From Blautia wexlerae (lineage in GTDB: Bacteria > Bacillota > Clostridia > Lachnospirales > Lachnospiraceae): DNA of 64,000 nucleotides. This document shows positions 10,481 to 20,461 of this stretch, one piece after another. Each line of letters starts with the position of its first letter. The stretch's first letter is position 1. The DNA lies in the NCBI GenBank assembly GCA_958454115.1, contig CAUEAK010000004.1, positions 19,235 to 83,234 on the forward strand, written 5' to 3'. The position numbers and the translations under genes are program-made. Below the pieces are notes generated by a model that was given only the letters and a program-made list of their open reading frames with translations, ran no database searches and was not told the origin of the DNA.

Positions 10481-11056
10481 ATGGATACAGAAAAACAATT
10501 CGTTGTTATGAGCAAAAAAGATGTTGAAGAAATGATTCAGCAGGCAGCAGTGGCAGGAGCACAGGTTGCGAGCGATACAATGCTGGTGGCTCAGCGCCGG
10601 GCTGAAAAAGAAAGAATAGACCGAAGACTTCACAATACAGAATTGCTCCTCAGAAACTACAGGACTCTCAAGGCATCCTGTGAAAATGCTGTATATGAAT
10701 CGAGGGATTCAAAAAGAGAAGAGGTCACAGAAATACTGGAAGACATTATGGAGATGAAAGACGACAAGGTGATCGTGGAATCTATCAAGGCGTCGGCAAA
10801 GAGAACGGCTTTAATGGTACAGCATATTGATAAAATGCTGGACGTATACAGAATTTATTGTAGCAAGCTTTCAGAGAAAGACAAGAGAAGATACAAAGTA
10901 ATCAAGTTATTGTACATATCAAAGCAGTCAATGAATATTACGGAAATTTCAAAAAAATTTTCCGTTAGTAAAGTCACTATTTACGAGGATCTCAAAATTG
11001 CGAAAGAGCGCTTATCTTCGCTGTTTTTCGGGATTGACGGACTGAGATTTTTTTGA
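10481..11056 (+). CDS. Late-gene transcriptional regulator (RinA/ArpU-like, C-terminal HTH)
   Basis: Last gene of the early block; C-terminal 'ITEISKKFSVSKVTIYEDLK' HTH. Confidence 0.65.
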   Translation: MDTEKQFVVMSKKDVEEMIQQAAVAGAQVASDTMLVAQRRAEKERIDRRLHNTELLLRNYRTLKASCENAVYESRDSKREEVTEILEDIMEMKDDKVIVESIKASAKRTALMVQHIDKMLDVYRIYCSKLSEKDKRRYKVIKLLYISKQSMNITEISKKFSVSKVTIYEDLKIAKERLSSLFFGIDGLRFF

Positions 11057-11090
11057 AAAATAGAAAATATCGAAAAGCGTTAACTTAACA

Positions 11091-11119
11091 TTGACTTAAT
11101 AACGAAAATGGTGTATGAT
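11091..11119 (+). promoter_or_regulatory. Sigma-A-type promoter upstream of the late operon
   Basis: TTGACT (11091-11096), 17-bp spacer, TATGAT (11114-11119). Confidence 0.55.
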
Positions 11120-11148
11120 AATCGGGTAAAATTTTATCATGAGCCATG

Positions 11149-11179
11149 AGCCATCAGAGTGAAATCTGGTGGCTTTTTT
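11149..11179 (+). terminator. Intrinsic terminator directly after the promoter
   Basis: AGCCATCAGA-gtgaaa-TCTGGTGGCT stem (one G-U pair) followed by a T run. Confidence 0.65.
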
Positions 11180-11254
11180 AATGTAAACCTTTGGACGGGA
11201 GGGATATAAATGTAAAGGTAAAATGCTCCTTTAGAAAAATAAAGGAGATTATAC

Positions 11255-12634
11255 ATGAATGGAATAATCATGCTGTTTGTTTATGCAGCGATCATGATAC
11301 TGGCGACAGTGACCATGACTAAAAAAGAGAAAAATGTAGTAAATTTTTGTGTTGGAAGCCGGTCTGAGAACTGGATCCTGTCCGCACTGAGTATTGCGGC
11401 GACGTGGATCTGGGCGCCGGCTTTGTTTGTTTCAACAGAAAAAGCATATTCGGCCGGATGGATTGGGCTTTTCTGGTTCTTAGTGCCAAATGCTTTATGC
11501 TTGGTGATATTTATTCCTTTTGCAAAGAGAATCCGGAAGGAAATGCCGGAAGGAATGACACTGTCTGGTTACATGAAAGAAAAATACAAATCCGATGGAG
11601 TGAAAAGAGTTTACCTCTTTCAGCTGATCGGGCTGTCTGTTCTGTCAACGGGAGTTCAGCTTCTTGCAGGAAGTCAGATCCTTAGTGCAGTAACAGGAAT
11701 TTCGTTCAAAGCCATGACTATTCTGCTTGCTTGCATAGCAATTTCATATTCCCTGTTCTCCGGAATCAAAGCATCTATGCTTACAGATGCTATTCAAATG
11801 GTATTCATGCTTGTTGCATGTAGCCTATTTGTAATATTCGGAGTAAGAAATACAGGAACACAGGGCATTATACAGGGACTGAGCGGTATATCAGGAGACT
11901 ACACAACACTATTCTCTGGAAAAGGAGTAGAGATTTTCTTAGCCTTTGGGCTTCCGACAACGATTGGACTTTTATCCGGGCCGTTTGGAGATCAGAGCTT
12001 CTGGCAGAGAGCGTTTGCAGTAAAAAAAGAGAAGCTGGGAAGAGCGTTTCTTCTTGGAGCAGTTCTTTTTGCGGTGGTTCCGCTGTCAATGGGAATTCTT
12101 GGATTTATGGGAGCCGGCGCAGGATATCAGGCACAGAACCTTGGAATCATCAATTTTGAATTGATCCGCCACTTTTTCCCGTCCTGGGCAGTATTGCCGT
12201 TCCTTTTCATGATTGTTTCCGGCTTGCTGTCTACAGTGGATAGCAACCTGTGCGCAGTATCTTCGCTTACGACAGATATTGCAGGAGGAAAAGACATCAG
12301 GAAGACCAGAGCTGCAATGGCAGTGCTTCTGATCGCTGGCATTCTGATTGCAAATATCCCGGGAATTACAGTGACACATCTGTTTTTGTTCTATGGCACA
12401 CTGAGGGCGTCAACATTACTTCCAACAGTCATGACACTGAAAGGGGTAAGACTGAATGCAAAAGGGATTATCACAGGTGTGGTTGCTGCACTGACTGTAG
12501 GGCTTCCTGTATTTGCCTATGGCAGCGTTTTGAATAGTGGACCATATAAAACACTGGGAAGCTTGCTTACAGTCCTGTTGAGCGGAATTATTGCCTTGGC
12601 CGCTTCCGGAAAGGAGAGACGCTATGCTCGGTAG
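11255..12634 (+). CDS. Sodium:solute symporter (SSS) family transporter
   Basis: 459 aa, about 13 hydrophobic segments; 'SIAATWIWA', 'GDQSFWQRAFA', 'GLLSTVDSNL' SSS-like motifs. Confidence 0.8.
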   Translation: MNGIIMLFVYAAIMILATVTMTKKEKNVVNFCVGSRSENWILSALSIAATWIWAPALFVSTEKAYSAGWIGLFWFLVPNALCLVIFIPFAKRIRKEMPEGMTLSGYMKEKYKSDGVKRVYLFQLIGLSVLSTGVQLLAGSQILSAVTGISFKAMTILLACIAISYSLFSGIKASMLTDAIQMVFMLVACSLFVIFGVRNTGTQGIIQGLSGISGDYTTLFSGKGVEIFLAFGLPTTIGLLSGPFGDQSFWQRAFAVKKEKLGRAFLLGAVLFAVVPLSMGILGFMGAGAGYQAQNLGIINFELIRHFFPSWAVLPFLFMIVSGLLSTVDSNLCAVSSLTTDIAGGKDIRKTRAAMAVLLIAGILIANIPGITVTHLFLFYGTLRASTLLPTVMTLKGVRLNAKGIITGVVAALTVGLPVFAYGSVLNSGPYKTLGSLLTVLLSGIIALAASGKERRYAR

Positions 12635-13400
12635 AAAACAATCCGTTCGAAATAATGAAGACTGGAAGAATGCGCTTGATCACATTGAAGAGACGGTGTC
12701 AAAGAAAGAACTGGATTCCCTTGTGAAAAAGACAGTGAAAGACATCAAAGAGAAATGCAAGGGGAAAAAGGCAGCCTATGCATGGAGTGCGGGAAAAGAC
12801 TCCCTGGTACTTGGAGAGATATGCGAGAAAGCTGGCATCGATCAGAGCGTCCTTGTGAGATGCAATCTGGAATATCCGGCATTTATTGCATGGATAGAGC
12901 AGAATAAACCTTCTAACCTTGAGATTATCAATACCGGACAGGACATGGAATGGCTGAAAAAGCATCCGGATATGTTGTTTCCGGATAAAAGCAATAAGGC
13001 AGCACAGTGGTTCCATATCGTACAGCACAGGGGACAAGCACGATATTATAAAGAGCATCAGTTAGAAATACTCCTGCTCGGACGCAGAAAGGCAGACGGC
13101 AATTATGTTGGAAAAGATAATATCTACACTAATTCAGCCGGAATCACCAGATACAGCCCTCTCGCAGAGTGGAGACACGAAGATGTCCTTGCGTATATTC
13201 ACTATTATGATGTGAAACTCCCGCCCATATATGACTGGGAGAAAGGATATTTATGCGGTACACATCCATGGCCTGCCAGACAGTACATGGAGACAGAACA
13301 GCAAGGTTGGAAAGAAGTTTACGACATTGATAAGACCATAGTTGAAAATGCAGCACAGCATTTCGATGGAGCCAGAGAATTTTTAAAAGCTATCAAATAG
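12624..13400 (+). CDS. PP-loop, PAPS-reductase-like protein
   Basis: 'AWSAGKDSLVL' PP-loop, 'LLGRRKADG', 'SPLAEWRHEDV'; ATG at 12624 after AAGGAG. Confidence 0.75.
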   Translation: MLGRKQSVRNNEDWKNALDHIEETVSKKELDSLVKKTVKDIKEKCKGKKAAYAWSAGKDSLVLGEICEKAGIDQSVLVRCNLEYPAFIAWIEQNKPSNLEIINTGQDMEWLKKHPDMLFPDKSNKAAQWFHIVQHRGQARYYKEHQLEILLLGRRKADGNYVGKDNIYTNSAGITRYSPLAEWRHEDVLAYIHYYDVKLPPIYDWEKGYLCGTHPWPARQYMETEQQGWKEVYDIDKTIVENAAQHFDGAREFLKAIK

Positions 13401-13449
13401 CCGGTTGCAGCCGGAAGCCATTGCCCTTCAGAAATGGAGGACAAGCAAG

Positions 13450-14103
13450 ATGAAAGTAACAATCAAAAAATTGAGTGTTCTGAAGCATCCTGAGAAAAAT
13501 GTCAGGATTCATTCAGAACAGCAGATCAGGGAACTGAAGAGATCACTTGAAAAGTTTGGTCAGACACGAGCGCTGGTCATTGATGAAAATAATATCATTC
13601 TGATTGGTAACGGTTTGTATGAAGCTATGGTGAGTCTTGGCTATCAGGAAGCAACTGTATATGTAAAAGCAGGGCTTTCTGAGAATGATAAAAAGAAACT
13701 CATGATAGCTGATAATAAGACCTATGCCCTTGGAATCGACAATCTGGAAACCCTGAATGAGTTCCTTGAGGAACTGCAGGGGGATCTGGATATCCCTGGA
13801 TATGATGAAGAAATTTTACAGCAGATGGTTGCTGATGCGGACGAAGTAACTGACAAGCTCTCGGAGTATGGCACATTGGATGAATCTGAGATTCAGAAGA
13901 TGAAAGAGGCAAATGAAAAGAGAGAACAGAAAGCAGTATCAGAAGAAACGCCGGACAATAATTCAGAGAACAGTTCGGAAAAGCCGAACACTTCGGATAA
14001 TCCGACAGCAGGAGGACAGAGTACCACTGAAGCAGAACCGGAAATAACAGAAACCCGGAGGTTTGTTATCTGCCCGAACTGCGGTGAAAAGATATGGCTG
14101 TAA
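13450..14103 (+). CDS. ParB/Srx N-terminal-domain protein with C-terminal zinc ribbon
   Basis: 'HPEKNVRIHSEQQIRELKRSLEKFGQ...ILIGNG...IADNK', ends with 'CPNCG'. Confidence 0.75.
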   Translation: MKVTIKKLSVLKHPEKNVRIHSEQQIRELKRSLEKFGQTRALVIDENNIILIGNGLYEAMVSLGYQEATVYVKAGLSENDKKKLMIADNKTYALGIDNLETLNEFLEELQGDLDIPGYDEEILQQMVADADEVTDKLSEYGTLDESEIQKMKEANEKREQKAVSEETPDNNSENSSEKPNTSDNPTAGGQSTTEAEPEITETRRFVICPNCGEKIWL

Positions 14104-15236
14104 AACGATGTGAAGCCAATATCAATGTTGTAAAAGCTGCAGAGATCCGGATAAAAAATGTATTCGGAAATGGTCTGCCAGTGTTCTTTTCCTTCAGTGG
14201 TGGAAAGGACAGTTTATGTGTGGCACAGTTGATGGTAAATCTAGCCAACCGGGGCGAGATCGATATGAAGCAGCTTACAGTGCAGTTCATAGATGAAGAG
14301 GCAATATTTCCTTGCATGGAAGATATGACAAAGAAATGGCGGCGTATCTTTATGATGATGGGAGCAAAGTTTGAATGGTATTGCGTGGAGGTAAAGCATT
14401 TTAACTGCTTCAACGAATTGTCAAATGACGAAACATTTATCTGCTGGGATTCTACGAAGCAAGATGTCTGGGTAAGACAGCCACCTTCATTCGCAATAAG
14501 GAACCATAAACTGTTACGCCCAAGGATTGATGCTTATCAGGATTTCCTGCCGAGAACAACCGTATCCGGAATTACAATGGTTGGCATCAGGACAGCGGAA
14601 TCCGTACAGAGACTTCAGAATATTGCGTCCATGACAAAAGCAGGAAATAAAATGACCGCAAAGAAACAGGTGTTCCCAATCTACGACTGGACAGACAATG
14701 ATGTATGGCTGTTTCTTCTGAGAAACCATGTCGATATCCCGGAGATATATCTGTTTCTCTGGCAGTCTGGATCAAGCAAGAGACAGATGAGGGTATCTCA
14801 GTTCTTTTCTGTTGATACGGCCAGAAGCCTCGTGAAGATGAATGAATATTATCCAGATCTCATGGAGAGGATCATTCGGAGAGAACCAAATGCCTATCTT
14901 GCAGCCCTGTACTGGGACAGCGAGATGTTCGGCCGAAGCTCCAGAAAAAGGAAAGAAGCCGAAAAAGGGCAGGAACAGAAAGATTATCGGCAGGAGCTGA
15001 TCTATTTATTTAACCACATGGACGTATTCTTTGATACTCCGCATAAAAGGCATGTGGCAGAACGATACCGTAACTTCTTTATGTCGGTATCAGCCATAGC
15101 AACCGATGCAGATTATAAGCATATATACGAAGGACTGATATCCGGTGATCCCAAAATGAGGGCATTCCGGGCATTGTACCAGAGAATATATGGACGTTAC
15201 ATCAGTGATGCGAAGAAAGGAGAACGACATGGATAA
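14094..15236 (+). CDS. IbrA-like PP-loop (PAPS-reductase-like) protein
   Basis: 'FSFSGGKDSL', 'FIDEEA', 'GIRTAESVQR', 'PIYDWTDNDVW', 'QMRVSQFF'. Confidence 0.75.
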   Translation: MAVKRCEANINVVKAAEIRIKNVFGNGLPVFFSFSGGKDSLCVAQLMVNLANRGEIDMKQLTVQFIDEEAIFPCMEDMTKKWRRIFMMMGAKFEWYCVEVKHFNCFNELSNDETFICWDSTKQDVWVRQPPSFAIRNHKLLRPRIDAYQDFLPRTTVSGITMVGIRTAESVQRLQNIASMTKAGNKMTAKKQVFPIYDWTDNDVWLFLLRNHVDIPEIYLFLWQSGSSKRQMRVSQFFSVDTARSLVKMNEYYPDLMERIIRREPNAYLAALYWDSEMFGRSSRKRKEAEKGQEQKDYRQELIYLFNHMDVFFDTPHKRHVAERYRNFFMSVSAIATDADYKHIYEGLISGDPKMRAFRALYQRIYGRYISDAKKGERHG

Positions 15237-15750
15237 TAAATTATCAACACCATTATCTACCCTGCAATGGGTAAACAGGGATTCATTAAAGCCGAATGAC
15301 TACAACCCGAACAAAGTTTCGAAAGAGAACTTGAAACTGCTTATTCAGTCTATTCTTACGAACGGATGGACACTTCCGATAGTAGTCCGACCGGATATGA
15401 CGATCATTGATGGCTTTCATAGATGGACAGTTGCAGGAATGGAGCCTTTGCTTTCAAAACTGGATGGCAAGGTTCCTATAGTTATTGTGGAGCATAAAGA
15501 GCATTCAGAAGATATTTACGGTACCGTTACTCATAACAGGGCAAGAGGTACGCATTTGTTGGAACCTATGAAGAAAATCGTAAAAGAACTCATGGATGAA
15601 GGCAAAACTGTAGAAGAAATCGGTAAACAGCTTGGAATGAGACCGGAAGAAATCTTCCGATTGTCTGATTTTTCAAAAGAAGACTTCTTGAAGATGATGA
15701 CAAAAGGGGTGACGGGATATTCAAAAGCTGAATTTATCACAAAAATTTAA
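15229..15750 (+). CDS. IbrB-like ParB-domain protein
   Basis: 'PNDYNPNKV...GWTLPIVV...IIDGFHR...HNRARGTH'. Confidence 0.8.
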   Translation: MDNKLSTPLSTLQWVNRDSLKPNDYNPNKVSKENLKLLIQSILTNGWTLPIVVRPDMTIIDGFHRWTVAGMEPLLSKLDGKVPIVIVEHKEHSEDIYGTVTHNRARGTHLLEPMKKIVKELMDEGKTVEEIGKQLGMRPEEIFRLSDFSKEDFLKMMTKGVTGYSKAEFITKI

Positions 15751-15849
15751 TACTGTTCTATTGCACATAGAACAAAAAGCGGGGAGAGGGAGTACAACCT
15801 CTCCCTTTTGCATATGCCGAAATAAGATGATGGAAGGGAGGGGTGTCCA

Positions 15850-16650
15850 TTGGCAAGGGCAAGAAGTCCCAACAGCATTGAAGCTGAGGAAATGTATAAG
15901 AGAGGGATGAAACTTGTTGATATTGCCAAGAAGTTGGACGTCCCGGCCAGTACAGTTCGGCGCTGGAAATCAACCCAAAATTGGGATGGAGATACAAAAA
16001 AGAAAAAAAACGAGCGCTCGCAAAAGAAAAAAACGAGCGCTCGCCATAAAGGTGGACAACTTGGAAACAAAAATGCTGTAGGAAACAAAGGCGGTCCATT
16101 GAAACCGGGAGATAAGATTGCAGAGAAACACGGAGCGTACTCTTCCGTATATTGGGATGTCCTTGATGAATCTGAAAAAGATATGATCGAAGATATTCCG
16201 ATGGATGAAGAAATGCTCCTGATCGAACAGATTCAGCTCTTTGCCGTGAGGGAAAGACGAATCATGGCGGCAATCAATAAATACCGGAATATGAATGGAG
16301 AAGTATCTTTGTTCGGCTTCGCCAGAACTGAAGACAAGCGAGCTTTCAAATCAGATGAAGATAAACAGCTCTATGAAGAACGCATTGAAGAAAAGGTTGC
16401 TTCTGGAGATCGTCTTCCGGGTAACACATATAACATGATGACAAATATGGAAAACAAGGACAATATGATTGCTCGTTTGGAAAAAGAACTTTCTACTGTA
16501 CAGTCAAAGAAGACTAAGGCTATTGAAGCACTTGCGAAGCTGAGACTTGAGAAGCAGAAGATTGCCGGAGAAAGCAAGGGCAATGAGGTTGTTCGTGCTT
16601 GGGCCGAAGCTGTAGTGAAAGCAAGGAGGGAAGAGAAACATGATGGATGA
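15850..16650 (+). CDS. Terminase small subunit
   Basis: N-terminal HTH, 'GGQLGNKNAVG...KHGAYS' motif, immediately upstream of the large subunit. Confidence 0.8.
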   Translation: MARARSPNSIEAEEMYKRGMKLVDIAKKLDVPASTVRRWKSTQNWDGDTKKKKNERSQKKKTSARHKGGQLGNKNAVGNKGGPLKPGDKIAEKHGAYSSVYWDVLDESEKDMIEDIPMDEEMLLIEQIQLFAVRERRIMAAINKYRNMNGEVSLFGFARTEDKRAFKSDEDKQLYEERIEEKVASGDRLPGNTYNMMTNMENKDNMIARLEKELSTVQSKKTKAIEALAKLRLEKQKIAGESKGNEVVRAWAEAVVKARREEKHDG

Positions 16651-18109
16651 TACGGCGTTCTCTGAGTTCCTTGACGAAAGCATTCCCTTGTGGCGTGATG
16701 ATCCAGTCATGTTTTTTCGGGAAGTTCTGAATTTCGAACCAGATGAATGGCAGGCACAAGCAGCTAGAGACTTGGCTGCAAACCCAAAGGTAAGCATTAA
16801 ATCCGGACAGGGTGTCGGAAAGACTGGTCTTGAGGCAGCGGTGTTCCTGTGGTTCGTTACCTGTTTTCCGCACCCAAGAATCGTTGCGACAGCACCAACT
16901 AAACAGCAGCTGCACGATGTCCTCTGGTCTGAGATTTCCAAGTGGATGAGCAAGTCCGAACTGCTCTCTATACTTCTAAAATGGACAAAGACATATGTTT
17001 ATATGGTTGGAGAGGAAAAGCGCTGGTTTGGTGTTGCCAGGACTGCTACAAAGCCAGAGAATATGCAAGGTTTCCATGAAGATAACATGCTTTTTATCGT
17101 TGATGAAGCTTCCGGTGTTGCGGATCCAATCATGGAGGCTATCCTTGGTACCTTATCTGGAGCAAACAATAAACTTCTTCTGTGCGGAAACCCAACGAAG
17201 ACATCTGGAACCTTTTATGATTCCCATACAAGAGACAGGGCATTGTACAAATGCCATACGGTTTCTTCTATGGACAGCACCAGAACAAATAAAGAGAACA
17301 TAGATTCTCTTGTTCGAAAATACGGATGGGATTCTAACGTGGTCCGTGTTCGTGTCAGGGGCGAGTTCCCGAACCAGGAGGACGACGTATTTATTCCGCT
17401 GAGCATTATTGAACAATGTAGCAGCAGGCTTTTAGAACTGGATGATACAGATGGAATGCAGTTTGTATCATTGGGGGTGGATGTGGCCCGTTTTGGAGAT
17501 GATGAAACGATCATATATCGTAATTATCATGGTCATTGCAAAATAGTCCGGAACAGGCGAGGACAGAACCTGATGGCCACTGTAGGGGATATCGTACAGG
17601 AATTCAAGAAGATATATAGAGAACATCCAACGTATGAAGGCAAGGTATATGTGCAGATTGATGATACAGGACTTGGAGGAGGCGTCACTGACCGATTAAA
17701 GGAAGTCCGGAAAGAACAAAAGCTGTACAAGATGCAAGTTATCCCGATAAATGCCGCTGAAAAGATTGAGACTGATACGGCAGCAGGTAAAGATGCAGCT
17801 GAAAGGTACAATAACCTGACTACCGCTATGTGGGCCAGTATGCGAGATCTCCTTGATAACAAACAGATTGTTATTGAAGACGATGAGCAGACGATTGGTC
17901 AGCTTTCTTCCAGAAAATACACTATGGCCAGTAATGGAAAGCTTGAGATTGAATCAAAAAAGGAAATGAAGAAAAGAGGACTTGATTCTCCTGACCGGGC
18001 AGATGCCCTTGCGTTAGCATTATATCTTCAAAAGATTAAGAAACATACCGGTAGTGCACCAAGCGTTGGAGCAATGAAGAAATTGTCAAAAGATAATTAT
18101 TGGGGCTGA
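16640..18109 (+). CDS. Terminase large subunit
   Basis: Walker A 'KSGQGVGKT', Walker B 'FIVDEASG', nuclease motifs 'GVDVARFGDD' and 'SPDRADA'. Confidence 0.92.
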   Translation: MMDDTAFSEFLDESIPLWRDDPVMFFREVLNFEPDEWQAQAARDLAANPKVSIKSGQGVGKTGLEAAVFLWFVTCFPHPRIVATAPTKQQLHDVLWSEISKWMSKSELLSILLKWTKTYVYMVGEEKRWFGVARTATKPENMQGFHEDNMLFIVDEASGVADPIMEAILGTLSGANNKLLLCGNPTKTSGTFYDSHTRDRALYKCHTVSSMDSTRTNKENIDSLVRKYGWDSNVVRVRVRGEFPNQEDDVFIPLSIIEQCSSRLLELDDTDGMQFVSLGVDVARFGDDETIIYRNYHGHCKIVRNRRGQNLMATVGDIVQEFKKIYREHPTYEGKVYVQIDDTGLGGGVTDRLKEVRKEQKLYKMQVIPINAAEKIETDTAAGKDAAERYNNLTTAMWASMRDLLDNKQIVIEDDEQTIGQLSSRKYTMASNGKLEIESKKEMKKRGLDSPDRADALALALYLQKIKKHTGSAPSVGAMKKLSKDNYWG

Positions 18110-18126
18110 TATAGCCAGAAAGAGAG

Positions 18127-19512
18127 GTGATGAAGATGAAAGAGTATGGACGGATTGGACAGAAACGCTGGGAAGGCGTGTTCAATGAAGAGTTTCTTCC
18201 TGAGCTATCCGGAATAAGAGGCGTGAAAACGTATCGTGAGATGCTCGACAATGACGATACGATTGGAGCGATAATGTTTGCTATCAAGATGCTGATTCGC
18301 CAGGTTAAATGGCACGTTGAGCCGGGTGGCGATAGCACAAAGGATCGAGAGGCAGCAGAATTTGTAGAATCGTGTATGGACGATATGCAGAGCACATGGA
18401 CCGATACCATCTCGGAGGTATTATCATTTCTTGCGTATGGTTGGAGCTTCCATGAAATTGTCTACAAGCGCAGGATGGGAAAAACAAAAAACCGAAAAAC
18501 ATCAAGCAAATACTCAGATGGACTAATTGGATGGCAGAAGATTCCGCCCAGGGCGCAGGACACATTGTACAGATGGGAATATGACGATAAAGACAACTTA
18601 ATCGGAATGACTCAGCAACCTCCGCCGGATTATGGACTGCTCACTATTCCGATTAACAAAGCAATGTTGTTCAGAACAGAGAGCATAAAAGATAATCCGG
18701 AAGGCAGGAGTATCCTGAGAAATGCCTATCGGTCTTGGTACTTCAAAAGAAGAATTCAGGAAATCGAAGCAATTGGAATTGAAAGAGACCTTGCTGGACT
18801 TCCGGTATTGCACGCACCAGATGGTGTAGACATATGGGACGATAAAGACCCTGAATTGGTATCTATTAATGCAGCACTTACATCCATGGTCAAGAACATC
18901 CGCAGAAACGAATATGAGGGACTTGTTCTTCCGTTTGGATATGAAGCTGAACTTCTGAGCACTGGCGGAACCAGACAGTTTGATACGAATGCCATTATAA
19001 ATAGATATGATGCCAAGATTGCTCAAACTGTTATGGCGGATTTCATCATGTTGGGGCATGAGCAGACAGGAAGCTTTGCGCTGAGTGAAGATAAAACAGA
19101 ACTATTCGCAGTTGCTCTTGGGGCGTTCCTGGACGTCATCTGCGAAACATTCAATAATCAGGGCATTCCGTCATTAATAGATATGAATGGCGCCCATTTT
19201 GATGCAATAACAGATTATCCACAGCTTGCACATGGCGATGTGGACAAGAGAGATATCACGAAGCTGTCTACATTCCTGAAAGACATGGTTGGAGTTGGAA
19301 TCCTTATCCCGGATGAAGATCTTGAGGATTATGTAAGAGAAGTCGCCAACCTGCCGGAGAGAACGGAAGTTCCAGATTCCAGAGAGAAAGATGAACGGCG
19401 AGAAGCACAGCGCAGAGCACCAGAAAAGACAGCAAACGAACCTGATGGACCAGAGGTGGATCCGGAAGAGAATCAAGATGCTGAGGAAGCCAAGAAAAGG
19501 TTAGGCAGGTGA
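18127..19512 (+). CDS. Portal protein
   Basis: 461 aa after terminase; 'NPEGRSILRNAY...GIERDLAGLP' (DUF935/Mu-like portal). Confidence 0.8.
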   Translation: MMKMKEYGRIGQKRWEGVFNEEFLPELSGIRGVKTYREMLDNDDTIGAIMFAIKMLIRQVKWHVEPGGDSTKDREAAEFVESCMDDMQSTWTDTISEVLSFLAYGWSFHEIVYKRRMGKTKNRKTSSKYSDGLIGWQKIPPRAQDTLYRWEYDDKDNLIGMTQQPPPDYGLLTIPINKAMLFRTESIKDNPEGRSILRNAYRSWYFKRRIQEIEAIGIERDLAGLPVLHAPDGVDIWDDKDPELVSINAALTSMVKNIRRNEYEGLVLPFGYEAELLSTGGTRQFDTNAIINRYDAKIAQTVMADFIMLGHEQTGSFALSEDKTELFAVALGAFLDVICETFNNQGIPSLIDMNGAHFDAITDYPQLAHGDVDKRDITKLSTFLKDMVGVGILIPDEDLEDYVREVANLPERTEVPDSREKDERREAQRRAPEKTANEPDGPEVDPEENQDAEEAKKRLGR

Positions 19513-19513
19513 T

Positions 19514-20461
19514 TTGATGATGCGAAAAATACGGCCACGATCAAGGACTGTTAAAAAAAGCGAAGAATCACAGAGAGTACTGGATGCACTTGATGCCTAT
19601 CTCGAGGGAAATATTGATGAACCAGTAAGATGGCTTGTTCGATTCTGGCAGGATCAGGCAGCAGTCATGCTGTACAGAGAACTGCGAGAAATCGTAATAG
19701 GAGAAACAGATCCGGAAAGTCTTTTTGATATATGGTTCCAGGATTATTCGAAGATGCTGTCAGAAAGAATGACACCTGTATGGGAACAGGCGTTTCTTGA
19801 AGGGTGGAAAAACAATTCTCTCTTTTGTGGAGCAGAAGATGTAATAAGCTCTGAGAGCTGGGTTCGAAGCTGGATTGTTGATCATACGGGAGATTTGATA
19901 ACAAATTGTTGCAATGAGCAGGTGAGCGCAATTCGGTATCTGATCGCTGAAGCTGAATCTCTTAATATGAGCAGTGCTGAAACGGCAAGATATATCCGGC
20001 CAACAATAGGACTGACAGAGAGACAGGCTGCGGCGAATCTCAAATATTACAACTCCATCAAGGAAAGACTGACAACGGATCATCCGAGAATGAAACCTGA
20101 GTCAATTGAGCGGAAAGCGAGGGAGGCTGCTTCAAAATATGCGGAAAGACAGCAGCAGTATAGGGCGGAGACTATAGCCAGATCGGAAATAGCACAAGCC
20201 TATAACCATGGCGCAGATGCTTTTGTGAGGGAAGCGGTAACTACAGGGAACCTTCCGGAAATGGAAAAAGAGTGGTCAACAGCTTTGGACGGCCATGTGT
20301 GTGCATCATGTGCAGCTCTTGAAGGCACTAAGATAGGAATGGATGATGAATTTAAAACGGTATCCGGAAGGAGAGAGATTGCAACGTCTATTCCACCATT
20401 ACACCCGCGCTGTAAATGTGCGGTGAAGTATGTGAGGGTGAAAAATGAAAACATTCAATGA
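19514..20461 (+). CDS. Minor head protein (Mu gpF / SPP1 gp7-like)
   Basis: 'RAETIARSE', CxxC, 'PPLHPRCKC'. Confidence 0.85.
   Translation: MMMRKIRPRSRTVKKSEESQRVLDALDAYLEGNIDEPVRWLVRFWQDQAAVMLYRELREIVIGETDPESLFDIWFQDYSKMLSERMTPVWEQAFLEGWKNNSLFCGAEDVISSESWVRSWIVDHTGDLITNCCNEQVSAIRYLIAEAESLNMSSAETARYIRPTIGLTERQAAANLKYYNSIKERLTTDHPRMKPESIERKAREAASKYAERQQQYRAETIARSEIAQAYNHGADAFVREAVTTGNLPEMEKEWSTALDGHVCASCAALEGTKIGMDDEFKTVSGRREIATSIPPLHPRCKCAVKYVRVKNENIQ

Noticed and set aside
12624..15236. PAPS-reductase-like genes as sulfate-assimilation metabolic genes
   Set aside because: No other cys pathway genes, no C-terminal ECGLH-type catalytic motif, and pairing with ParB/IbrB-like genes suggests another role.
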